64,000 bases of DNA from the human T2T-CHM13v2.0 reference genome, Homo sapiens. The translations under genes and the position numbers were made by a program. The notes beneath the pieces were generated by a model. That model was given only the letters and a program-made list of their open reading frames with translations. It was not told the DNA's origin and ran no database searches. The DNA lies in assembly GCF_009914755.1 (NCBI RefSeq), contig NC_060931.1; one strand, written 5' to 3'. Below, piece by piece: positions 42,453-53,438 of this stretch. Each line of letters begins with the position of its first letter. Position 1 is the stretch's first letter.

Positions 42453-44139
42453 AAGAAGATATTTGGGTTTTGGGTTCTTTCTCTCTCTCGCCTGCCTAGA
42501 GTTTTGTAGTTACTTCCACCTCCTCCCTTAAACTTCCACTTCAGAGCCTTATAATGGCACTTTATGACTAATGCTCTATAATCATATTGGCATATTGCAG
42601 ATCCAATTCCAAAGCTAGCTCGGTCTGGCAGAAAAGCTGTCCCAATGTCCTTCCATCTCTCTAGGCCAACAGCTTCCTGTTAATATTATTAAGCTGTGGC
42701 TTGGAGGAAACAGGCTGGCAGCAGTTGTTTTAGCCTGTCCACCCCATGTCCTGTATTCAGGTTATAGCCCTAGCTCTGATTCCCAGTGTCCCCTGGAGCA
42801 CTTTTAGTCCCTTTTGCTCCACAGGATTCAAGCTCCTTCCTGCCACTCCTTACTCAGGATGTGGATCACAGCTGTCCCAGGGCTTCTGCAGTTCTCTCTC
42901 TCTCTTTTTTTTTTTTTCTGGTTCCCAGAGTTGTTTGTCTCTGGCACCAGTTTTTTTAAAAGATATATTTTTTATTATAATTTTACCTACCTTGGCGTGT
43001 GTTTGAGCAGAGGAGTGTTTGTCAAAAAATGAACTTACTCAACCATCTTGACCGGAATTCACAGCAAATGTTTTCATCTCCTAATGACTGAATTGGATCA
43101 GCTTACAGCAGATTGATTTGACTGCACTGGATCTAATCATGTAGGTGGTGTTGAAGAAATATAAAACCCTAAAATTCCAATTAAATCCATTCACTGGCTG
43201 TAAAATCAAAGGTTTTTAAAAGATTCTATCTATTGGTGGTCATTCAGAAGAGTCATCTCTTCTACAGCTATGAGATGGTAAGGTGGAGCTGTGAGCAGGA
43301 GCCAGCATGCATGGGCAGGGGCCCCCATGGCACACAAGCCAGAGGGAGGCATCTGTGATGCTCCTGAGGCAGGAAGGGAAGTAGAGAGCTGGGTATTGCA
43401 ATGAGGTGGTGAGCACATCTGCTAGTGAAAGCATGATTCCAGCTCCTTCCGTGCACCCCTCAGGATGTGAAGCACAGCTGCCCTGCAGCTTCTGTCCTGT
43501 AGTGTCAATCTGCACACTGTGTAGTACCAGTTACACAGATTAATTATGTCTGGTGTTTTGAGAACTACCCACTTCCACCTCTGACCATCTCTCAAGTCCT
43601 GTAGGGCAGAGGAGTGTGGTTTACAGCCCTGTAGGCTTTGGAGATGCTCAGAATGCAGAGCCTAAGACACTCCTTTTGGGACCACTTTGGATGGCTAAAG
43701 ACAAGGTAGCTGTGATTCTGAGTCAGAGGCCTTGGGAACCCAGTGGCCATCCCTGGGTCCCCAGCAGAGCAAGTGGGTCCCAGGACAGCTCTGCATATTC
43801 TTGGAGGTGACAAGGATGCCCTCAGAAATCCCACCTGATCTAGCAAGGCTATGACCTTGTCAGGAGCAAACACCATCACTTCACACTGGAATTGCTTGGT
43901 TTAAAGCTGATTTCTTCCTGATACTCTGTAGTCCCAAGAGCATAATAACCTCAAGCAGAGATGAGATGCGAGGGGCTTCCAGAAACTATAGAACAAGATC
44001 TACTCACTACTCAAAAGCAAGTCTGTAGAGTTGAAACAAATCCAAACTTTAAGATGAGCCTTTTTTTCTGAGGATGGTTCCCTTCTGTGTAGTCGTAAAC
44101 TAAATGGGAGGCTGCTCACTCACGCACCACGTACCCAGC

Positions 44140-44465
44140 TTAGAAACATTAATGCATACCCAGTAAGTGCCTGTCACCTTGGCAGCACTGGGGGCAGAAA
44201 GGAATAAGACAGTCCTCATCATGGAAAAAGCCACCTATCAATGGACAACAGGACTTAGAAGCAAACCATTGTAGTGCACTGTCAATTCCACCTAGATGAT
44301 TTTGACAGGACTACAAAGAGAAATTAGCCAAGGGAAGAAGAGAATAAGGAGCATCCCAGGCACTCACAGAGGCAAGAAAAGTTCAAGGGTTATTCGGCGG
44401 ATGTGGAGTCCACTTGTTTGACTTGGGTGAGGGAGCTACAGAAATTGAAGTTACAAAAGCAGGCA
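44140..44465 (-). mobile_element. L2 fragment
   Basis: gcactgggggcagaaaggaataagacagtcct...gagcatcccaggca. Confidence 0.55.
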
Positions 44466-44474
44466 GACATAAGT

Positions 44475-44646
44475 CATATTTCATCTAAAATGCCACTAAT
44501 TGTAAAATGAACTATTATTTCATGTACAACCAAGAAAAAAAAATGCTGCTAATTGAATTTTCACACACCATTGACTGCAAAACATCCCAATTTAAAATGG
44601 GTTAAAATGCAAGGCAATGTGCCTCTCAGAATGGATGAAATATGGT
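44475..44646. mobile_element. MER104 (TcMar-Tc2)
   Basis: Termini catatttcatc ... gatgaaatatgg followed by TA; internal aagaaaaaaaaatgctgc. Confidence 0.75.
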
Positions 44647-44699
44647 AATTCCCCAAAGAAGAAATGTAAAGGTGAATTAACACTAAAAAAACTGTTTTT

Positions 44700-45325
44700 T
44701 TAATAGAAAGATACATTCAAACCAAATGTAGATATCATTTTTCTCTTAGCAAATCAGTAAAATATTGAAAATAATGTTTAGCATTAGCAAGGGGATCGTG
44801 AAATGGACAAACTCACACTAAAACCATACATTAATACCATCTTTCTGAAAATCACTTAGGTAATAATGTGTCAGGAACCTATATATGTCTGCATTCTTTG
44901 AGCCAGCAATCTTACCTAGTGGAATCTATGGTAAATCCGTACTTACAGACTCAGAAGACTTATGTACAAGAATGTAAGGTCACTTATAAAAATGCATGTT
45001 ATATAAATGCTAAATTATCAATAGACATATAAATAAACTGTGGCATAGTCATAGAAATGTTAGTCAATTACTGAAATATTTGTTGAAGTATTTAATAACA
45101 TGAAGAAAGTCTCATAATGTAGTGGTAAGTTTTAAAAGGAAGGAAACAAAACTCTACATAAAGTATTAATCTAATTCAAATCTAGAGAAAAGGTATTTAA
45201 TAAAGACTGGAAGGAGAGGTAATCTTGGTTAACCCTGAGTGGTAGCATTATTGGCAACATTTTTCCTTCTTATGTTTATCATTTTTTAAATTTTCTTCAA
45301 TGACGGTATTTATCTTTTATAATCT
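44700..45325 (+). mobile_element. L1ME 3' fragment
   Basis: ttctttgagccagcaatc...ggaatctat...aaataaactgtggca...aaagactggaagg. Confidence 0.65.
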
Positions 45326-45554
45326 TTCCTTGCCCCAAACAGATGTGCTTTTCCAAATTCTGCTCGTTAAAATTAAATAAAAATTAAATTGTAGTTGAGA
45401 ATGTAAGCACATGCATGGAGACAGAATGATCAATAAGTGCCCCTTATATTAAACAATAATTATACTTGATCCTCATGAATACTTATGATTTGCCAGTACA
45501 TGTGAGATTGGGTCGAACAGAGGTCATACATGCCTTCCATATTTCTCGATAGTA

Positions 45555-45770
45555 GAGATTATTATGAGCACTATGTCAATACTGGGCTAAATTTACAAGC
45601 ATTATTTCTAATTCTTATCTTCTCCCAAACAGATGAGAAAACAGACATTCCAAGAAGCTGAAGAAGCACATGTGAGGGCACACAATTTGAACACAGAAAA
45701 GCTGGGATTTAAACCTGAGTCTCGATCTCACCACAGACTCACACTACTTCCCTTGCACGATCTGCCTCTA
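45555..45770 (-). mobile_element. MIR
   Basis: acagatgagaaaacag...gctgggatttaaacctgagtct. Confidence 0.65.
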
Positions 45771-46377
45771 CAAGGCAGATCCTTCCATAGCATGTACAGA
45801 TGAACATCAAAGAGGACCAAAATTCTATTCTTTCCATAGGTGAGGGGGACGATTGTGAACCAATTATAGAAATATTTATGTCCATTCCTAGAGGGGCCTC
45901 ACAAATGAGGGTGACAGAGACAAAGCTCTCTGATAACGTGAGTAGACTGGATAACTATGGGGCCATGTTCTCAGTTTATCAACCCAATTCCCGAGAAACC
46001 AGGCCTTTCCATTGTCTGTGGTCACTAAGATAATGGTGCAATGCTGTTTACCCACCTGGCAACGTAAGGCGACACGTGGAGCTGGTGCTTGGGGCTGGTG
46101 AGCCGTGAGAACGCTGTTTTGTGCCTGTGAAGAGGAAAAAGAGGATAAGGAAAAGTAGGATTGTGGAAAAACCTGTTGGACAAGTAAATGTTCATCTGAA
46201 ATGTTATCAAGTTGGGGTCTGAAAACAATGTTTAGAAGCAGGTTAGGTGAGGTTGCAGGGTGGTGCATATTCTGTGGTCCAGAAAAGCTGGGAGCATCGC
46301 CTTTGCCTTTGTGTGTGTGACAGTACGCAGTTCCTCTGGCTGGAAGGTTGATATGTTGGGACCGATGTGCCACTGAG

Positions 46378-46515
46378 CAATGCTACATTTTAGGATCACA
46401 GGGGAAGTTTTCTAAATAGGAAGTTGCCTGGGCGTCACCCCCACAGTACAGGGGTGGAGGCCCAGCACTCATGTTTTTAAAACCCCTCATTCTAATGTGC
46501 ATCCAGGATGGAACA
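46378..46515. mobile_element. MER5A fragment
   Basis: ggggtggaggcccag...tgtttttaaaacccctc.attctaatgtgcatccagg. Confidence 0.55.
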
Positions 46516-46544
46516 GGATGGAGGACTATCTGAAGAAGGGGAAG

Positions 46545-46770
46545 TTCTGATTTAGAATGAGGGAATCGGGGGTTTTGTCTCTGCTTTGTCCTTATAGGCT
46601 TTACTTGCTATTGGAACTCAAGCAATGAACTGGATCTCTCTGAAGCTCAGGTCTTCATCTGCAAAATGACGAGAATGACAACAATTGCGTCGAAGTGTTC
46701 CAGTGAGGATTAAAGGAAGCAAAGTGTGTCCAGTGCTCAGGAACAATGGGAGACTTCACAAATGCTAGTT
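46545..46770 (+). mobile_element. MIR
   Basis: tctctctgaagctcaggtcttcatctgcaaaatg...gtgaggattaaa. Confidence 0.75.
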
Positions 46771-46967
46771 TAGTGGGGTTTCTTAGTTTCCCAGCAACTG
46801 GCAACAGAATTCCTATGAGGAAGGGGATTATCTTTGTTCTAATAAACCCTTTAATGGGTCACGAGGCAATGAAAAGTCAAACCCCAGGATGGGATCAATA
46901 AGGAGAGAGCAGAATAAAGGGACAAAGGGAGAACTGAGAGGTCCTGCCAAAAAATTTTACATTTTTT

Positions 46968-47100
46968 GTATATATGTATGTGGGTGTGTACGTATATACA
47001 TACGCATATATTTACGTATAAATATATACACACAGACACATATATGGACACATATCTTATATATAAACATAAATATTTATTTATTCATTCATTCATTTAT
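46968..47100. repeat. (TA)/(CATA)-rich low-complexity tract
   Basis: Directly visible. Confidence 0.8.
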
Positions 47101-47380
47101 TTTGTCATCCAGAGTGGGAAGGAAGAGGCCTGGAAGCCAGATTCTAGCAACACGGCAGATGCCTGCAGTCTGAGCTGGCAGAAATGCAGAGAGAATTCCT
47201 CAGCAGAGGATATCCATGAGTCAGTGTTAGGTTGCTTCCGTTAGGAGTCCCCACAAACTTCCCAAACTTTTAGTTAAGTCCACTTTATATGCAGAGGCCT
47301 GGTGTAAGTGGAAGCTGTGCTGATTGAGAAGACCCTATGTGTCAATATAGTCACTGATAAAGATAACAAAAGAATCAGTT

Positions 47381-47571
47381 TGTGGGGTGGGGGGAGGGGG
47401 GAGGGATAGCATTAGGAGATATACCTAATGTTAAATGACCAGTTAATGGGTGTAGCACACCAACATGGCACATGTATACATATGTAACAAACCTGCACGT
47501 TCTGCACATGTACCCTAAAACTTAAAGTATAATAAAAAAAAAAGAAAGAAACAATTAGTATTAAAAAAAGA
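47381..47571 (+). mobile_element. Extremely 5'-truncated young L1PA (3'UTR end only)
   Basis: G-rich tract through ...taccctaaaacttaaagtataataaaa; TSD aaaagaatc (47368-47376, 47572-47580). Confidence 0.93.
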
Positions 47572-47719
47572 AAAAGAATCTGAAGACTGGGCAGTGTCAG
47601 AGGAAGCAGAGACTTGGGGTTGGAGGTGAGTGGGAGAGCGGTAAGCTTTCCCTACCCCAGAATCCCTGGGGAAGAGTGGAGACATGCACTTTGGATGACG
47701 TTTGATATCGTTCCATTTT

Positions 47720-48018
47720 ATTTTATTTATTTATTTTTGAGATGGAGTCTCGCTCTGTTGCCCAGGCTGGAGTGCAGTGATGCGATCTCGACTCACTGCA
47801 AGCTCCGTCTCCCGGGTTCAAGCAATTCCCCTGCCTCAGCCTCCTGAGTAGCTGAGACTACAGGCATCCACCACCATGCCTGGCTAATTTTTGTAGTTTT
47901 AGTAGAGACGGGGTTTCACTGTGTTGGCCAGGCTGGTCTCAAACTCCTGACCTCGTGATCCACACACTTCGGGCTCTCAAAGTGCTGGGATTACAGACAT
48001 GAGCCACCGCACCCAGCC
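47720..48018 (-). mobile_element. AluS (Sg/Sc-like)
   Basis: Antisense dimer with (TTTA)n tail; TSD ccatttt. Confidence 0.94.
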
Positions 48019-48324
48019 CCATTTTCATCTTAAACAACAGGGCACCAATCCTGACATTGTGTGACAAATGCCCTCCAGACAATAACAAATGTTATTGTTA
48101 ATCATTATTATTCTTTCCTTCTTTTCTGGCAGCAGTAGTAGTAAAAATAGAAAACATAAAATTAATCCAAATAGCTCAGACCTACAAAAACTGTTAATTT
48201 GTATGAAGTGAAGGGAACTGTATCTGGCGGGACTTTATTTCTCCATTTTCCAGGTCTCACAGATGCCCTGAAGGTCAGAGTTGGTGGAGAACATAGAGGG
48301 TCCAACCCTGGCTGTAGCTGTGCT

Positions 48325-48500
48325 TCAGTTCTTGAACCTCAGTTGAGTAACTCAGTTACTCCTGAGGTGATGTTTATAAATATGACTTCCAAGCTCCTTG
48401 ATTGGACCCTGAAGCAGAATCTCCAGGGAATGGAGCCAGCAATTTGAATTTTAACAATTTCACCAGGTGATTCCAACGATGATCTTGTAATCTGGCACTT
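48325..48500. mobile_element. MER5-family fragment
   Basis: cagaatctccagggaatggagcc..caatttgaattttaacaa..caccaggtgattc. Confidence 0.65.
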
Positions 48501-48791
48501 CACTGGTCTAATGAAGTGTCTTGGACACTCCGGGGTGAAAGATTTACGCAAAGTGATACTCTGTGTCAAAGCCAGTGCTGCCACAATGCACAACCCCAGT
48601 GGATGCCCGTCGCATTGTATCTTACACAAAGAATGGTGGACCCTGGGTGTGCAACAAATAGGCCCCATTAGGAGGCACTACCAGAGGGCACATCTGTGTC
48701 TTTTATGTTGTGATCCAGAGCCGTTCCTTCTCTGCCCGAAATGCCTCTGTGTCCCACAAGATTTTTTACTTGTCTCATTTGACCTTTGGGA

Positions 48792-49002
48792 TAGGGTTTC
48801 TCAGCAGTGACACTGTGACATTTGGGCTGTACAATTCTTTGTGGTGGGGGCTGTCCTGTGCACTGGAGAATGTTTAGCAGTGTCCCTGGCCTCTACCCAT
48901 GAGATGTCAGTAGTTCCTCCCTAGTCATGACGATCATAAACATCCTCCAGATGGTGACAAATATCCTCTAGAGGCAAAAGTGCCCTCCATTGAGAATCTC
49001 TA
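48792..49002 (-). mobile_element. MER20 (hAT-Charlie)
   Basis: agggtttctca...gggggctgtcctgtgca...atgtttagcag..tccctggcctctaccca..agatg...ttgagaa. Confidence 0.9.
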
Positions 49003-50439
49003 TTTTAGGTTGCAGACAGGGCTTCAAGTTTTTATTTAGAGATGTGGTTCCCAATTTGGCTGCTTGGTCATTGCTAATAGTCACTCCCACATATTAAGCA
49101 GTTACTGTGGCCCTGGTGCCATATTACGTAGGCACCGTGAAATATAGATTTGTTGTTGTTTCTGATTTTAACATTCTGACAACAAAATTATCCCATTTTA
49201 CAGGATTTGAAGACAATTTTTGTCTCCAAACATTTTGTTTAAGGAACTTGACTAATGTTACTGAGTGTTGTGGGAGGAGGGAAAAACTTAAGTCAAGATC
49301 ATTCAAAGTTCAAACTCAAAGAAATTTTTCCCCTGACTCTTGCTGCTTCTTAACCAACCCATTATCTGGGTTTCCTTCAAGCACAGTCTCCCAAAGTTGT
49401 CTAAGAGGAAGAAAAACCTGGGACAATTATTTTAACAAAAATGAAAAACAAAGCCAGTTTCCCAGGCCTCACTAAGCTCTCGGAGCCAGCACTTCCAGAG
49501 GCGAGGTTTAGGGACCTGGGTATTTCACAAGTGGCCCAGGTGATTCCCATCATCAAACAGGCTTGGAACACCTTGTGTGGTAGAAATTTCCTTTTGTCGA
49601 ACTAACGAAAAGTGTGGCATTCTGCTTTCTGTGGATACTCTTGTGAAGTTGAGAGAACAAATTTAATGTTGCCTACATGAGTACCTGAAAAACTGCAAAG
49701 TGCTCAATGACCACAAACTTCCAATGTTGCTACCTGTAGAAACGCTATTGCCAGGTTATTTCATAGAAATGCTTGGTGGAATTTTTTAAAAAATAACTGA
49801 CTATAATCTTCCAAAAGCCTGCAGCTTGATAGCTTTTCGTAGAGGTAGCTTTTCATCCCCTTGGTATCTTCTTTGCAAACACTGAGTAAGGGAACTCTGG
49901 GAACCTTGAGTCAGTGAAAAAGCAGAACTACAAGGCCTTCTGGAAATGCTGTTATTTTCTCTGTTAGCTTGGTGAGATGCCCAATATATCAGGACAGGGA
50001 TGAAGCCATCCCACCTCTCATAACCATGAGCCATATACAGGTAGCAGGCGGGGATACATAAAATAAAACTGGTTTTGATTTTGCCACGGGCCATTGGCGG
50101 GGGGTTAGGTTCTGAGTCAGCCTCCCACTGGCTTCCAGTTCACTGAGGATGTGTTCTTGAAATCTCTTTCCATGAGGAAGCTACCAAATTACCTATCACT
50201 TTACTCAAAGTTCCACTCATGGGAGTAATACCCAACACATCTGAGTTTCATTTTCTAAAGCCCTTCGCACTTCACCCTTCCGTTGCTCCCTCTCATGTCC
50301 AGGAAGAACATCAGAAACCAGGTGGGAACAGCCAGTCCTGACCCAGCTTCTAAACTGTACTGTATGATGCACACAGAAGGCTTCAGACCACCCACCACAT
50401 GGAACTGGTTCTTGGATTCATTGTAGAAATCTACTCTGT

Positions 50440-50612
50440 CAGTGGTTTTCAATCCTGGCTACATATTAGAATCATCAGGGGAGTTCTTAAACAATATGCT
50501 GACACCTGACCCTTCACCCCAAGATGCTGTTTAGTTGGTCTGGGTGGGACCTGGGCATGAGGACTTTTTAATGTTCCCAGGTGAGCCTGATCTGCAGCCA
50601 TGAGAAACACTG
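50440..50612. mobile_element. MER5A
   Basis: cagtggttttcaatcctggctacatattagaatca...ttggtctgggtggg.cctgggcat...cccaggtga...gagaaacactg. Confidence 0.85.
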
Positions 50613-51004
50613 CCTTCACTGAATACCCAGAGATGTTTCTTTCAGTTGTCGGGAGGGAAGCCTTACTTTCTTCTGAAACAACTGGTGTGCTCATCCTCAC
50701 GGATGTGAATCTTGTAAATGGTTTATTTCCATTTAAACTTAAGATTCCAGAAAGCTTAGACCCAGTTTATGACATAATGCTAGGAATCAGGGGAGGCCGA
50801 TTTAGACTGCACGTCTGCTTATTAACATTTGCCCTGGTTTGTTCCATCTATGCTAGCTCTACTTTGTGACTCTGGTTTTATTCCATTTACTTAATCATTA
50901 AAAAAGCAATGTATTAAATTTGCATGATTTTAGAATTCTCAAATATCTGATAAATGAGGTAAAATAAAAGCAAATGAACAAACAACTATGTCAATGCTGC
51001 TATT

Positions 51005-51137
51005 GCTAAATTTCATTTTCCTCATCTATGAAATTGAGAAAACATCAATGTCAGGACAATAATTGCGAGCATCAAGTAAGAGTACACACATGACAGTGCT
51101 TAGCAAACTGTGTCATACAACACAGTTTTTATTATTT
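51005..51137 (+). mobile_element. MIR fragment
   Basis: ttttcctcatctatgaaattgaga...agtgcttagcaaactgt. Confidence 0.6.
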
Positions 51138-51148
51138 GTTTTAGAAAG

Positions 51149-51193
51149 GTGTGTGTATGTGCATGTGCGCATGCGTGTGTGTGCACGTGTGCA

Positions 51194-51228
<35 letters not shown>
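51149..51228. repeat. Imperfect (TG)n microsatellite
   Basis: Directly visible. Confidence 0.93.
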
Positions 51229-51229
<1 letters not shown>

Positions 51230-52349
51230 TAAGTAGGTAATCTGTCATCTTTGGGAAATAAACACTTTAAGGTCAGGAATTACATTTCCCTTGACTCACA
51301 GCATGTGGCCATTTAAGGAGTAAACAATCCAATCCGTCAGCTAGGGGCAGAGATGTCACCACTGCAGCTTATGTGACTTGAGGTATCCTTTGACAAATGA
51401 ATAGCTTTCAGATATTTCAAATTAATGTCCTTGTTTGGTTCAACTAGAGGGCAATGAATCCAATTCATCAAGAGTGTGGAGAAGAGGACAGTGATAGAAG
51501 TGACAACTAAGGCTACCCGCCTCAGGGTGAACGCACACCTAAGACTCGGGACTTCACAAAGTTAGTGCTAAAGCACAGTGATTTGCAGCTTAACCTCAAA
51601 CAAATAATTTCCCTTCTGCAAAATGGGGTTAGCCTGGCCAAGCCTATGCCTGCTGGAGAAAGGGTGATTTAAGAGCCCTTGAGACCAAACATCATCATTA
51701 TTAATGGTCTGGCAATAGCAATGTTATTATAGTACAACCAGATCCCACAGGGCAGAGGAGGATGCTGAAAAGCTGAGGTATGAAAGTTTCTGTCAACTTA
51801 TTGAAATTTTCAATTTCTCTGTTTTAGCATATTGTAAATGACTGCCTTTCTGATACCCACAGACCTCTGATCATTATTGCTGAGCATATCTGCCAACATC
51901 TTCTTTGTGTTCCATTTGGGCTGGGGCACAGGGCAACAAGCCATTGCCTGAAGCCTCAGAACAAATCATCGTTTTTGCCCCTTTACAGCTTTGAAGAGAG
52001 AGCATCAGTAAAAGTCCAAGTTCTGCTTCAGGCTGTGGGAACACTGAAAGAGTCTGGAGGTCTTCAACGCCCCACCCCCCACCCCCCACACACTGCCCTA
52101 AGAGTTATCAACCAAGAGTATATAAATTAGAGCTCCATATTCAGAGTATTTAATGCTTTTTTCCTGCACAATACAACCACCATCAATACTAGGTTTGGTT
52201 TCGTGTGATTTGAATATGTCTGTTCATCACAAAGAAGAATGATTAAAAGCAAGAGCTATTCAGAGATACAACACCACAAGCTATTTAAATGTGGCTTTCA
52301 AAATATTTGAATGTGCTTTGAACTTGAATTGGACATATGAATGAGGAGT

Positions 52350-52835
52350 TAAAAAAAGTGTTAACAACCTGTGACCCAGTAATTGTATATCTGGAAATTT
52401 GTCCAGTGGAGATATTCAGAAATGTGACAAAGCGTTATGTACAAAGAGCTCCATTGCTGCTATTTACAACTGCAAAAAATAAAATAAAAGCGTATAAGTT
52501 AATTGCCCAACAGCAGAGAGGTGGTTAAGTAAATTGCGCTAGAGCCACAGAATAAAATATTATGCTGCTATTGAAATTATATTAATGGAGAAGTTAAAAA
52601 AACACTCACAAGAAAATGCTTACAATCCAATGTTGTGTGAACAAACCATAATTCAAAATTAACTATACTATATGGCCTTAACTGTGTAAAAATGCATAGC
52701 GAAAGATCATAAGAAAATAAAGTATCTACTATGATTAATTGTTGGATGGGGTATTACAAGTGATTTTAAGTTTCCTATTATACTGTCGATACTTTCCAAA
52801 TTGAGTAAATTCTATTTTTACTTTAAGAAAAAAAT
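52350..52835 (+). mobile_element. L1ME 3' fragment
   Basis: tgacccagtaatt...ctggaaatttgtcc...tggttaagtaaatt...tattatgctgctatt. Confidence 0.65.
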
Positions 52836-53082
52836 TAAAAATATGTTTCAGTGAATGGCAAGCATGGCTGCTTTGGAGAAACATCACAGTCGCCTTCATC
52901 AGAGCAATAATACCATGCGAAACGATACACCAGGAGGCCCTGATGAAGGGGTGGTATTTGTGTAATATTCAGTATCACCACTAGAGGGTTCTCTCTCTGA
53001 GGCCGGTTTGAAGGCATCAGGCTGGATGCCATAAAGGATGTAAACCACTTTTATCCCCACAAAGGGGAGTAATGAATGACTA

Positions 53083-53438
53083 CACAGAGTCCCTGACTCA
53101 TGATGGCCCAACTTAAATTTTTGGACTTCATGATGATGCACAAGCAATACACACTCAGAAGAAACCGTATATAACCTTTCTGTTTTTCACTTTCAGAACA
53201 GTATTCAATAAATTACATGAGCTATTCAACACTTTATTATAAAATAGGCTTTGTGTTAGGCGATTTTGCCCAACTCTGGGATAATGTGTTCTGAGCATGC
53301 TTAAGGCAGGATAGCCTAAGCTATGATTCAAACACAGCTGGTAGGTTAGGCATATTAAATGCATTTTCGACTTACAGTTTTTTCAACCTACAATGAGTTT
53401 ATTGGGACGTGACCCCATGGTAAGTCAAGGAACATCTG
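53083..53438 (-). mobile_element. MER47A (TcMar-Tigger)
   Basis: cagtattcaataaattacatgag.tattcaacactttattataaaataggctttgtgttag...gtaagtcaaggaacatctg. Confidence 0.9.

Noticed and set aside
52976-52992. CTCF-like CCACTAGAGGGTTC
   Set aside because: Lacks the critical GGC(R) 3' part.
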